DNA of 64,000 bases. Source: Phoronis australis (taxonomy: Eukaryota; Animalia; Phoronida). The position numbers were made by a program, and so were the translations under genes. Within the stretch, counting starts at the first letter, position 1, and every line of letters begins with the position of its first letter. Under the pieces are notes generated by a model. It was not told where the DNA came from. It saw nothing but the letters and a program-made list of their open reading frames with translations, and ran no database searches. Of the stretch, positions 23,398-35,700 are shown one piece after another. The stretch lies in NCBI GenBank assembly GCA_002633005.1, contig NMRA01000107.1, positions 227,492 through 291,491 of the forward strand, given 5' to 3'.

Positions 23398-24857
23398 AGG
23401 AGAAGGCAACCTTTTTCCTGACATTTTTAGAAAAATACGGTTCGTTGATCATCCCAGACATTTGTTTCGGTTAATAACGGCTTCCCGCAATTTCATTAAT
23501 TAGTCGTGCTTTACTCCGGAAGTGACGTTTAGGGGGTTAAGAATTTCCCGCTTTTTCGTTTTCATATTGTCTGACTGTGTGAGCTGTCGAGTCAGTCATT
23601 GTTTTACCTTGGTTGTGATAAGTTCGGCTGTCGTTTGCATTTGTTTACGAGTCAGTCAACATGCTGCACGGCTGCTGCGTACCGGGTGTAGGCCTACTCA
23701 TTATTCAATGTGTCTCGCGCACTTTGGGATACAATTACACCGCGTTCCGAAAGATGACCGACACACTGCGCCGTATTTGGCCCGTTCGTGTGCGTGAAGA
23801 ACGCAGCGTTCTACCGTCCACGTAACATACAAAGCAGTAGAGAACTACTGATTGTGTGGCAAGCATTTTCTGTCCTTGGATTACGAAAGAGATATGTAAG
23901 CTGAATTGATGAAGGTTCTTGTAAAACAACGCGCCTGAAATTGAGTGGCTGTCGCTATTGATTCCCGGTAGTGTAGCCCCATCGCCACCCCGGAGAAGTG
24001 CATTTTTGAAGCGAGTAGCCTCGCGAGCTGTGGCCTCTACAGTGACTGGAGGCGCTTCATCTACTGTCACCTGTGCCTCCAAACGTACCCCAGAGCGTGC
24101 AATTCTGGGAACTAGCAGTGATTCGCCCTGTGCTGGTGTTGTTTCCAGCCCAGAGACAGTATACAAGCAGCCCTGTTGCAATGTTGAGTAGAGGGAGTCA
24201 ATACAGGCCAATTAAGTTCGACACGCAGTGGGAAGGACAGTTCGTCGTCCAGTGATCAGGCCGCTGAGCCAATCCTTGATATGTTTATTGTGGACTTGAC
24301 TAAAGTATTTGAGCTATTTAGAAGGTGTCAAGTGTGTAGCGAGGGAGTCACACAGCTAGGTGTATGCGGTGTGGGTGCTCAGGTCACCATCCAGTGGAAA
24401 CAGCATAGGCACTGATTCCATTGAGGTCGGCATAACAGTGCACACCTTGCACTTGCACCAAGACGTCCCACCACGCTGTCCTCAGTCTCTGTCTCATCCC
24501 TCTCAACAGCTGTCTGTATTCTGCTTCACTATGCTCGAGCCCAAACTGCTGCTACAATCTAAAAGATTCCTAAATCCAACGTAATTGAATTCTCTAACAA
24601 CCTAGTATGTCCTGTAGTGGTGTCCACAATTTTAGGAGACCACCCCAAAAACAACAGTAGAACAGATTCTCAAAGTAACTCGAACGCACTAGAAACGAAA
24701 TGGCGGGAAATTCTTAACCCCTTAAATGTCACTTGCGGAGTAGTGCACGACTAATTAATAAATTACGAAGAGCCGTGACTAACTGAAGCATATATCTGTG
24801 ATAATCAACGAACCGTATTTTCACTAAAAATGACACGAAAAAAGGTTGCCTTCCTCT
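23398..24857 (+). mobile_element. Non-autonomous Kolobok-like DNA transposon with decayed THAP/transposase N-terminus (copy 1)
   Basis: About 150-bp imperfect TIRs (AGGAGAAGGCAACCTTTTT... / ...AAAAAGGTTGCCTTCCTCT) flanked by TTAA and a degenerate TCAA. Internal broken frames read MLHGCCVPG...LHRVPKDD (THAP-like) and FIVDLTKVFELFRRCQVC. TTAA target, AG-starting TIR and THAP domain are Kolobok features. Confidence 0.75.
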
Positions 24858-25316
24858 TCAAATCAAATAATGGAATCCTTTTGAAACGGCGTTCACTGCA
24901 GGATCTCAGTTTCATGTTTTAGCCGCTTTAATTTTTCCCGGTTTACTGATTCTTTACGTTGGTGGATTTTGAGTAGGCTTATCTCAATCGAATTTTAGCG
25001 TTTTGGCTTTCACAAAAAATTACACCGTGATTTTTTTCTTTAATGTTTTATTTTGATGGCCATTTTATTTGTTATGCAATGAAAAAAATAGTGCCACCAA
25101 CTTAGTTTGTTGTATAGCTCACAGAGGGTGACAAATGAATATAATCAGGAAGAGATAACCAGGAAGGGACCTCTTCCTGATATAATGTATGTCATTGACC
25201 TTCAAGATCACGATTAGCTCTCTGCATTTCAGTACTGTTGGGATTGTAAAATAAGTTAAGCTGATGCGAAAATAATAGAGACAATGGATATGCGCCCTCT
25301 GTCAGTCATTGGTTGG

Positions 25317-26190
25317 ATTGCAGTGTCTACTGTCTTCAGATCACGCTTCCACACGTCTTTATAACGAAACATGAGCCTTGCTGTAGGTTTGGCCTGTCGC
25401 ATGTTGTTATAACAAAATCAGCATTTTTTTAAAATGAGAAATATTTTATTTGCGACTTTGTGCCGTGGTGCTTGGTGTGCAGGCACAGGTGACTAGCTGG
25501 CATATGATATAGGTTTGCCCGGATTTCATTATGCTCGATTCCTTAAAACGAGAGATGAAAATTAATACGATAATAAAGTACCATATGTTGTTAGCAAAAG
25601 ATACTGACACAGAGTTTATCGACATTTGAAAATGCACACCAACAAAATAATATTCAATACTACACAATTTAATATGACATTTAATAATTACATCGTCTCT
25701 CAGTGGCGGATCTAGGATATCACAAGGGGGGGCCCAACATTTTTTCCGGCTGTAAGCATTTGCGCAAACCACGATTGTAGATGCGCACAGCACCGAATGG
25801 GGGGAGGTCGGGAGGGGGGTTTGCCCCCTNATTGCAGTGTCTACTGTCTTCAGATCACGCTTCCACACGTCTTTATAACGAAACATGAGCCTTGCTGTAG
25901 GTTTGGCCTGGCATTTTTTTAAAATGAGAAATATTTTATTTGCGACTTTGTGCCGTGGTGCTTGGTGTGCAGGCACAGGTGACTAGCTGGCATATGATAT
26001 AGGTTTGCCCGGATTTCATTATGCTCGATTCCTTAAAACGAGAGATAAAAATTAATACGATAATAAAGTACCATATGTTGTTAGCAAAAGATACTGACAC
26101 AGAGTTTATCGACATTTGAAAATGCACACCAACAAAATAATATTCAATACTACACAATTTAATATGACATTTAATAATTACATCGTCTCT
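25317..26190. other. Duplication 25317-25700 / 25831-26190 around a single N; probable allelic copies
   Basis: Near-identical apart from a 24-bp indel (25397-25420) and a MITE that follows only the first copy. Confidence 0.85.
25701..25829 (+). mobile_element. Left end of a young CAGTGGCGGATCTAGG-family MITE, truncated by an N
   Basis: Very similar to the reverse complement of 15655-15755 and 17168-17268. Further family ends at 977-1007, 20770-21116 and 52830. Confidence 0.7.
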
Positions 26191-26763
26191 ACAAATGTTG
26201 AAAATTGGGCTATCAACTTCATACCACCAACATGATCCCGAGTATCTGCGAAAAGACAGAAGACCTATAATGTTTAGCTTGCAATAACGGGCACCAATAT
26301 CAATGCCAAACGGTCATTTCTGCTTTTGATAACTTTGTCTTCTTCCCTTTCTTGTAGATTGTCTCTTTACGGACTGGCGAAATGTCGATTCCACCATCAA
26401 CATGTTCCCGGCGATGTGGACGAGACAGTCTCGCCATATGTGTCGAGTTCCGCAGACTCAAGAATCTCGTGAAGGAAACTAATGTGATGATATGCTTTAC
26501 CTGAAATACACGGCGACATTATCTATTTTATTACAAAATCTTGTGTGATTTTGCGTATTCCGAGGTTCTCCGGCGCGTCTGACGGAATGCACGCCTGGTG
26601 ACAGGTTTTCCTTACCCGGGCGCCCGCCACCTGTCGATAGCTTCGTCGGTTATCTCTTCTTCCGTTTCCCATCTTATCTCTACTACGCAACTTTGTACTT
26701 TGTCTTGCGTTCAGTGTTCAGTTTATTATGACTTCAGTAGGACTATGACTAGTTTTGTACACG

Positions 26764-29700
26764 ATGACAAACCAGGAAGACGATGAAACTCCCCTCCTAA
26801 AGGTAAGAGTTTTTGTTAGCCTGTTGCTTCAGTGTCTCCACTGAGGACACGATTTTTATAGTTACAGCTCGCGTTAACCTTTCAAAAATCCAAACATGGT
26901 TACACTGCCTATTGAGCCTGTGTCTTGTATGTCGAGATCAGGGTTAGAAACTCGAGATTCAGTTCTATTCAAACGTAATTTGCTTAACTTTTTAAAATTA
27001 TTTGAAAATTTGTGTGTTCCGATTGGACGAGGATTGCAAGCAGGCGCGTTTGATTTTTAGGGAATGTTACCTATTTGTTCTGAATGCTTCCTTTGATCAA
27101 TTGGACAAGTTTCACAAACGTGTCCTGAATATTTTCTGTAGATGTCTATGTTTCGATTTCGGCGTAAAACCGATAGTGTCTATGTAATACTGAGACATTG
27201 CATTCCCAATTATACATGGTAAATCCAGATGTTCAGTGATTATTCAACGGAAAGATTCATCACCCCTAACTTGACTTCTTCGAGTTAGTTCGCGAGCACG
27301 TCTTAATCGCTGCGTGGGCCTTTTCTTAAAATCGACTAGGTTTAACAACGTTTCAGAGTACCCTAAAACACGTTCAAAATGTAATACTCGTCTTAAAAGT
27401 GAAATCAATTATTAATTTTAAGCTCAAAATCTCATCATAACAATTTTGCACTATTTTTTTGTTAGACGTTTTTCGGCTGCAGTTTGCTACTGCCATTTCG
27501 TCTACATAATGACAACGTTACGTTGCCTCTTAACTTTACAAACCAGGAAGCAACTTCTGTTCAGCTAGTTATAAATCAACATAACTTGTCATGTTATTAC
27601 AACATTTCACGTTGTCTTATATTATTTGCTATTCATTTTCTGCTAAAATATTGGTTGTGATTCCAGAAATTATGGCATATCATTCAAGTATTGTAGTTGG
27701 CGGGTAGAAAAAAATTCAGTCATCTAGTCATTCAGTGCCTATCGTTGACAAGGCTATTGAAGACCTCAATCATTGACTTGCGAAATGTTTCATGCAAATT
27801 CAAAGCTTGGGTGATACCTTTTGTTCTTTTATTCACGAAAGTTACTACCAGCCTAAGAAAATTTCGCAAATATTAGACGCTGTCGTCTATTTGATGTTCG
27901 TTTCTAGAGCATGCGTCATGAGACAATTTCGTCACTATATGGAGGCGGTAATCAGGAAACTAATGTTTGTTTCTGTTGTTCAGTGGAAGAGAAGTCCAGT
28001 TATTTTTCTTGATTACCAGTATGAACATTACAGCAAAATGTCGAATTTCAGCGCCTTTTCTAGTGATGTTGGATTTCTAAAGTACAGTAAAGGAATTTGA
28101 TCAACAATTAAATAAACAGACTGTTAAAACCATGGCTATCTGCTCTTACCAGGTCCTCACACGGGTACACGAAGTCATCCGCGGTAATTTGCTTTTACTT
28201 TTTTAGCATGTAATCTCAAGGGTATTTTGGTCCTTTTTGTATTCTCCATTTCTCAACTCAAGTGACTTTTGCCCTGAATATTGACCTGAAGATTTAAATT
28301 GCATGGCCTGGAACGAAGAAAGGAGAACACACGTGCGTAACTATGCAACACCTCCGAAGGATAATTTGAGGATACAAAAATACCCGAGGTGTTCCGGATG
28401 TGCCCGCATCCCCAGTCCTAGTTCAGCCAAGTTCGGTGCTGTGACAGGTACATCCCCGAATCATACTTGTCCAGCCAAGGACGGATTAAGAACTGCATAA
28501 TACATTTTAATCGTGTTCTTATGTGGATATATAAAAGCTATGATCACTGCCAGTTTTTGTTACTGTAGAAACAATGAGTATGGTATATTTTGCTTTCCAG
28601 CCAACAGGCTCGACTTCTCGCGAAGATCGACGAGACTCCACTCAGAAAATCTCAACAGTGACGTTACTATGTTTCGCCGTTGGCGGCATGCCGTACCAGG
28701 CCACAAATACAGCCATCAACTTCTTCATCAGTATATTCCTTTTAGAGGTAGCACAGGTAAAAATAACAGTATATATATTTAAATGTAATAAATGAATTCA
28801 AACTATTTCCCAAATTGGTGACTTGTGATTTTACCTGTAGTATGCTGTATAAGTTAAGCGGCGGTAAGTATTCTATTTGATGCAAATGGTAATTGCTAAT
28901 CAGTAATCGCTGATTTGATGTCATGCTCTGGACCAGCATGCAAAAATGAGATTTGCTCTTTTCAGTTGCAGCCATATCAAGTGTCCGTCATTGTTTTGGT
29001 AGGAAAGGTTTGGGATGCTTTCACCGATCCAGTATGCGGATTGTTAGTAGCCAGAACTAACACTCGATTTGGACGACTGAAACCGTGGTAAGTCTGCCGT
29101 GTGCCGCGGAAAAACACGAAATTAGAGTAGATCGTAGATGGAGTGATGCCTTTTGGTTTATTAGTTGTACATGTACGCAAGTCAATCTGGGCCCAATGCA
29201 AACAAATGTAACTCGCAAGAGAACACAGCTGTGGGTCATTCAATCATGATGTGCGCGAAGTAGAAGGAGGGTAAAAATAGGCGGGTGGAAAAGGGGAGGT
29301 AAACGAAGGAACCAAATGGCGTGTGGTGACGGGAGTTGAGGGAATTAGCACCCCCACCTCCTCGTCGGTGACTACCTAGGAGAGGATCAAGAGCCTAAGC
29401 TGAAACTTAGATAATAAGTGACGTGATGGTCTTCGTGTGGCAGTTGTACTGACTTATCGTTGTCAAGACACCTACAGTTGTATGCTGGTCTAAAACGAAA
29501 ACCGGCGCCGACAGTGTTCTGTCATGCATTACAGGATCTTCATTTCTACGCCGTTTGGAATCGTGTTGTATTTCCTGTTGTGGTACGTTCCGGACATCCC
29601 TCGATCGTATTATTTACCCTGGTACACGGTTGTCTATTGCCTGTTCCAGACTTGTCTAACGGTACGTTAAGTTGCTTCACTTATTAGAAACATGCTTTTT

Positions 29701-32700
29701 ATGGACGATCGTCAATTCATGCATACGAATCGATGCGCTTGCATCTTAGTTTCATTGATACGTTGGATCAAAGGAATATTCATGGAAATTCACCGAAATT
29801 AGTATGTTCAAACAAGTGACATTCGACATTTGTTGCACAGTAGTTTTACAAAATTGTCAACATTTTCGTGTTCCGCATTCTCCGAAGTTAGTCTACTTTT
29901 TACTCTCATTATGTCTTCGACCGAGGGAAAAAATCATTATACGGGAATGCCTTACATGTACATACGTGCCTTAGGGTTTCTAAACCGCGTGACTGTGATC
30001 ATTTGCGGAAATTTTATCTACGACGTGACATTGAAAGTGTATTTACTTAAATCTGCATTTCTCCTTCACGTTTACCTGGTTAAAACCAAAAATCGAATTA
30101 GGCCTTTTACGCTAATTAAATCGGTCTCTAAATAGTCCTTGCCGAGATGCGATTCTATTTCCGTTAGCAACAACATCAAAAGCAACAAGAAAACGCTTCA
30201 GACTATATTGGAGTTGATGGCTAACCCTTGTGATTTCGAAAATGACCCCAGGCGGGTAACGGAAAAATCCTATCACATGTTCGATTTCCGTTCTTTAGCT
30301 AGTAAAACAGGGCGTAATGCACCTTTGAAGGGAAATACGACGTAAAAATGATTGTTGGGATTACCGTTGGATATGACAGACGTCTTGAAGTTTTGATCGG
30401 AGATGTAAAACAACAAAATTCGATGTGTTTTGTGATCTTATCTCAAATTGCTAGTTCTCACCGTTGTCGGCCAACCATTCTCTGAAATCACGGAGGGTGA
30501 GATTATCAGTTAAAATACACCTAAAATACTTCAATCCGCGGGGTTGTGATTTCTATTCCGCGCAGGGGGTGATCTCAAAAAATACTTTTCTCGTCATGGT
30601 AATTATTACGCTACCTTGAAATAGGATATCAATCCTAATTTGACCGAAAGGTGGCATTGGTTTATAATCAGTTATGAGGCAAACTGAGAACGGTTCATTT
30701 CTAATTTCCAGGCTTTCCACGTGCCTTACACCTCTCTTACAATGTTCCTCAGCAACGACTCACGTCAGAGGGATCGGGCAACCGCTGTTCGTAAGACATT
30801 GAATGTTAAGACTAATCTTAATGAGCCTGGCGACGATGATGGTGGCGTAGGCTGATATTTTTTATGTCTAAAAGTTATAAATAAGAAAGAGCGCTTACTT
30901 TAATATCTTGTTAAAACACTCAAAATCGATTCCGGTTAGAGGCTGATCCAAAAAGCAATTTTTCGCCAATTGTGTGTGTGGTCATGGATGGAAATTCAAC
31001 ACATGAATAGTTTCGATTTCCTGTACGTTTTTTAAAGTGACTAAACCTGCGTCAACGCATTGAAGTTTTTGTTTGGACCACATACACCTATGACATTGAC
31101 CTCAGCTTATTCCTTATTCGGTTGAGACGAGATTTTTGGACGTGCAAACGACTGGCAGGTTGGTTTTCCTTGAGGTCATTCTCGGCGCATAAAATGACAA
31201 GCCAACTTGTAAAGCCCAGTCTTAAGTCATAACGACCTCTCAGTGCCTTCGATGTCCCGAATTCGCGTCTAATTTGATAGAGGTACAAATTGACATCCAT
31301 TTCACAACGCTAAGAGGTCTGCATCAATTTTTTTGTGATGGAAGGTGCCAGTTCAAAGCCACTTAAAAATACAAGACGTTGCGATTTTTGGACTCGAATA
31401 TAAACAACTCTTTCGTTCACTTTATGACTACGTGCTTTAAACAGAATTTACCCTAAAAGTTACGCGTTTATTACAGGAATGTTTGCCGAAACCATTGGCG
31501 TTTTACTGGCAGTCACCGTGCAGGGACAACTCGTGAATAGTGTCAGAGGAAGTAGAGGATGTGGCGGGGGAACACCGACTTCTGAACCAAAGAAGCAGGT
31601 ACGATTGTATGGGCGTCGGTTACAGAAATACTAATGTGACTAATTACCCGAAACTCAGATAACAACATTGGTGTGTTCCTGTCAAAACAGCTTTTATTAT
31701 CTTTTTTTAATGCAACAAAACACATCTCTTAGAACAGCAAGGAAATTGCACAGAAATAGGAAAACTAAAAAATTACGTACTTTGAACACTTCCAAAAATT
31801 TTAAATGAACATTATCGGTATTACGGCCTAAAAACGAATTTTTGGGTTTACCGTTGGATAAGATAGACTTCTTGAAGCAACTACTTTTTACTATAGAATA
31901 ACAGAATCCGTTGTGTTTTTGTGATTTTATTACAAATTTGCCGCAGTGACTTCTTGTCGTTGTCTGGCAGACACTCGCAGAAATCAAGTCCGGTGTCCTT
32001 GCCGTGTAAATACACTTAAAGGAAAAGGCAACCTTTTTTCATGTCATTTTTACAGTAACAATACGGTTCGCTGATTATCCCATACGGATGTTTCAGTTAA
32101 TTACGGCTTTTCGTAATTTCATTAATTAGTCGTGCCCTACTCCGGAAATGACGTTTAGGGAGTTAAAATTTTTCCGCCATTTTGTCTTTTGTTTCTGCGT
32201 TTGAGTTTACTGTGAGGACCTGTTCTACTGTTGTGTTCGTCCTGGTTTCCTAACTTTGCTGTCACCACTTCCCATCGACGAGTTTTTAGGGGTCGTTTAG
32301 TTTGTAGTAGCCTGAAAATGGCTGGAGTCGGCGCCCCATACCACAGACACAGCGACGTGGTGAGGAATTTTTTCACGAACAGTCAGTCAGGGCCGTAGGA
32401 AGCAGGAGCGGGGGGGCGGGGGGGAACAGGCCCCCAAAAATTTTCAGGCGTTTGGGTTAAACCGTGGCAACCGACATATGCGTGGTGCCGGGGACAGTCG
32501 AGAAAAGAGAGACTGCGAAAAACGGATATATGAGAGAATTCAAGAGGACATTTAACAACTCTGCATCAGTGCATGGTTTACCTTTTGAGGACCCTGGCCT
32601 CACAGTCGTTAGGGTCTTCGCTTTTGCAGCACAGGTCGTCTAAACGCACATATATATTTCGAAAAATCGAAAAAAAATGTGAAGCGAAGCTTTTGCGGAG

Positions 32701-35700
32701 CGTACTAATTTACTGGATGTTTAAATTCAATAAGTCAATTTTGCGAATCCAAAACTATATATTTCTAGAGGCCCCTCTCTGGCAAGGGATAATGGAGATA
32801 ACTTTTGCTTTATTTTTTTTCTGGAAACTGCTTATCACTTGAGAAAATTGATGACCTGACAGATAACATCAATTGCTGCGCATTTCCTGATATTTGAAAA
32901 TATAGATATTTTCACATTTAGGAGCCCCGCCCTTGAAGGAGGCCATTGATGTTATTCAAGTGGCCACCTGTTCGTATTTTTATAGACAAATTCTTACGGG
33001 TCGCTCACGGAGAGAGGGCCCAATGTTGGACTTGATTACCTCTATTTTCCTGTTTTTGTGAAATCGTGCTTTCATGTTGAAGGAGGTCACTTCCTGCATC
33101 GTTTTGGGACCACACGACGGTGGAATGAACTGTCACTTTTTTCCAAGCTTAATGATGTTTAGCCTTTCATCTTAAGGTGTTCCATTTCAGACGGTGCCTT
33201 ATCTCGATGGAGAAGTTCGGGGTAAATGTCCCTTTGTCCCTCTATGTACATGTACAAGTGTACACAGGCACTATACTGATATGCGAGTGCACAAGTGTAC
33301 ACAGGTACTATATCTGCGCGTGCACGACAGGTGTACACAATCAATTATGGTTGATAAAATTTATTACAAATGATTCTTTAAAATAGATTAATTTCGACTA
33401 TTTCTAAGAATGGTATGACATGTTATAAGATGTCGATAAGAATTAATATTAACGAATGGTGTAATATAAGATCAAAGTTTTTTCATCAGCCCTAGTAATT
33501 TATACGAATTGTCACTGACCGAAGACGATCCTAAGAATAATGCTGTAAACGATGATCAGACTGATATGTGTGAACGATGATCAGTCTCATCAGAATTCAT
33601 ATCAACCAAAATGGAGGTGCAAGATTTTTACACAAGCATTACTTATTCTAAGTTTAGAAAATTTGATTAAGACAGTGAAGAAGACGAACAGTACGCAGTG
33701 TCTATTTTGTTACGTACAAGTTCATTAAGAGTGACGGTAAATATAAAGGGCAAAACTAAGCCTTTGAACTAGCAAGGAGCAATGTATAATGCATACAGAA
33801 GTATGCAACAGTCAGGGCACGGACTTCTGTGTACATCCCGAGGGGCGTACATGTAGCTAGGATGGAGGGAGATAAGTCTCGTGTGGAACCGTCTCCGAAT
33901 CGAGGGCAGGAGGGGGGAGGGAGAGGCGACACAACAATTTGTGATGATCGGCACTAAACATTTTAGTATCAGAAACATTACTTAGATTCATTCAAGTAAG
34001 CCAGACAAACGCATTTTAATTAGTAATCCACTAGTGCCACCTGCCGCCCCGAAGTGTTGTACCAGAGGGTTCCAGTTTAATCTCGTCTTGCAGCCATTCT
34101 ATGATTACTTCTTATGAATTTCTTTAATTACTTCACGTTTCATCTCTTATAGTAGCTAAACGTAAATTGAAACATTAGAACGTTCTAGAAACCATTGTAG
34201 TGTTGTTGCAACAAGAGGGGGGTTACATATATCAAACTTGACGAATATCCGTGGCGTTGGCGCATTGAATTTTGGAATTAAATGCTGAATGACGTCAATA
34301 TGAACATTTATCTTAGAACGCTACGCAATATTGCCACAAGTCAAACTTTAATAATTCTTCTAAAACTAATGATTGCCTAAAGGTATTTCAATAAACACAA
34401 TATACATTCATTGACTGGCCTTGGTGCATTACAAGCTTCAAGGTGTAAGACATATCAAATCCAAATAGAAAAAATATTCTATAAAGAGTTCGTCTCACTC
34501 ACTTGTTAGTTGGACGAAGTACAGGCTCTAGTTCCTATTTTTGGTTATACTAATTGTCGTAGCTCGCTACATAAATACAGACAATCTAAATCCGTGGTCC
34601 TGACCATAATACAGAATAGTACACTGAATATAAAGACACTCTAAATCCATGGTCATGACCATAAATATAGAATAGCGTGCCACATATATACATTCTAAAT
34701 CCATGGGGATTACCATAATATAGAATAGCGCACTAACCCCTGTATTTAAATCAAACACTGCCAAGTACTCACGAGGGAAGCTGAGATTCTAAATTCATCA
34801 AAAAAAACACAAAACATTCTTGCACAGCACAGCCATTCGACCCAAACAACCAAAAATTTGAAAAAAATGCAGTATGATTGCCGCCATCGAAAAGGTGGAA
34901 TTTTGAAGAACGTGAAAACCACTTCTTGTGAATTACACAAAAAGACTATTACCGATGGTTAGTTATAAAATAATGTTACTGTTTCCAGTAATATCACAAG
35001 AATAGTATCTCTTTTGAAGATGGTTACTATGAGTTGTTTGTAAGGAATTTACACTTAAACATTCCTGTTTGATCAATAAATTCATTGGTTTCTCATTTAC
35101 TTGTTTGTGTATCTACGAATATCGATAGATTCATAGATGATTTTTGACAATTATAAGCCGCTAATCTTGTAACAATTGGTAATAATTCAGTGAATTTAAT
35201 TGCTGCCTGAAGTTAGAAAAACTCTATAATCCTAATAATAATAAGATGTAACCATGCAGTAGGCAGTGCAGACTCTCAGTGATAACCACAAGAACTGAAT
35301 TTGAACTGCAGGCGTTCAGGAAGTGTATATATTTTGGGACACACTATCCTTTTCCCCAGTCACCAGAAACTGAACTACCGGTCGTGTTTTAACTAGGGAT
35401 TTTGAAACAGCCTCAAAGGCACTATACCAGGGACTTCGGGGCCTCACCTTTTCAAAAAAAAAATAACTCTTTCAAAGAATTACCATAATAAAATAAAGTT
35501 TTCCCGAAACTGGATCATAACAAAACGAATCTTGACCTTAGAAAGAGCGCAGACGGCCGGTACGAGCTGAGCTGCCTGTCTCAAGTGAATCATAGTTGAG
35601 TTGACCAGGAACTAGCTTTAGTTCGTCGGGAATTTCGTACTTTCACACTGAAAGATCTCAGCTATAGCTATACTTTATTGAGGCAGCTCCTCGTTACAGG

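Noticed and set aside
23735-24211. 158-aa minus-strand ORF and its homologue at 36379-36795
   Set aside because: Antisense frames of the decayed Kolobok-like transposase, not independent genes.
28303-28500. ORF as alternative MFSD2 first exon
   Set aside because: Its apparent donor at 28447 is phase 1, but exon 28601 needs phase 0; no homology seen.
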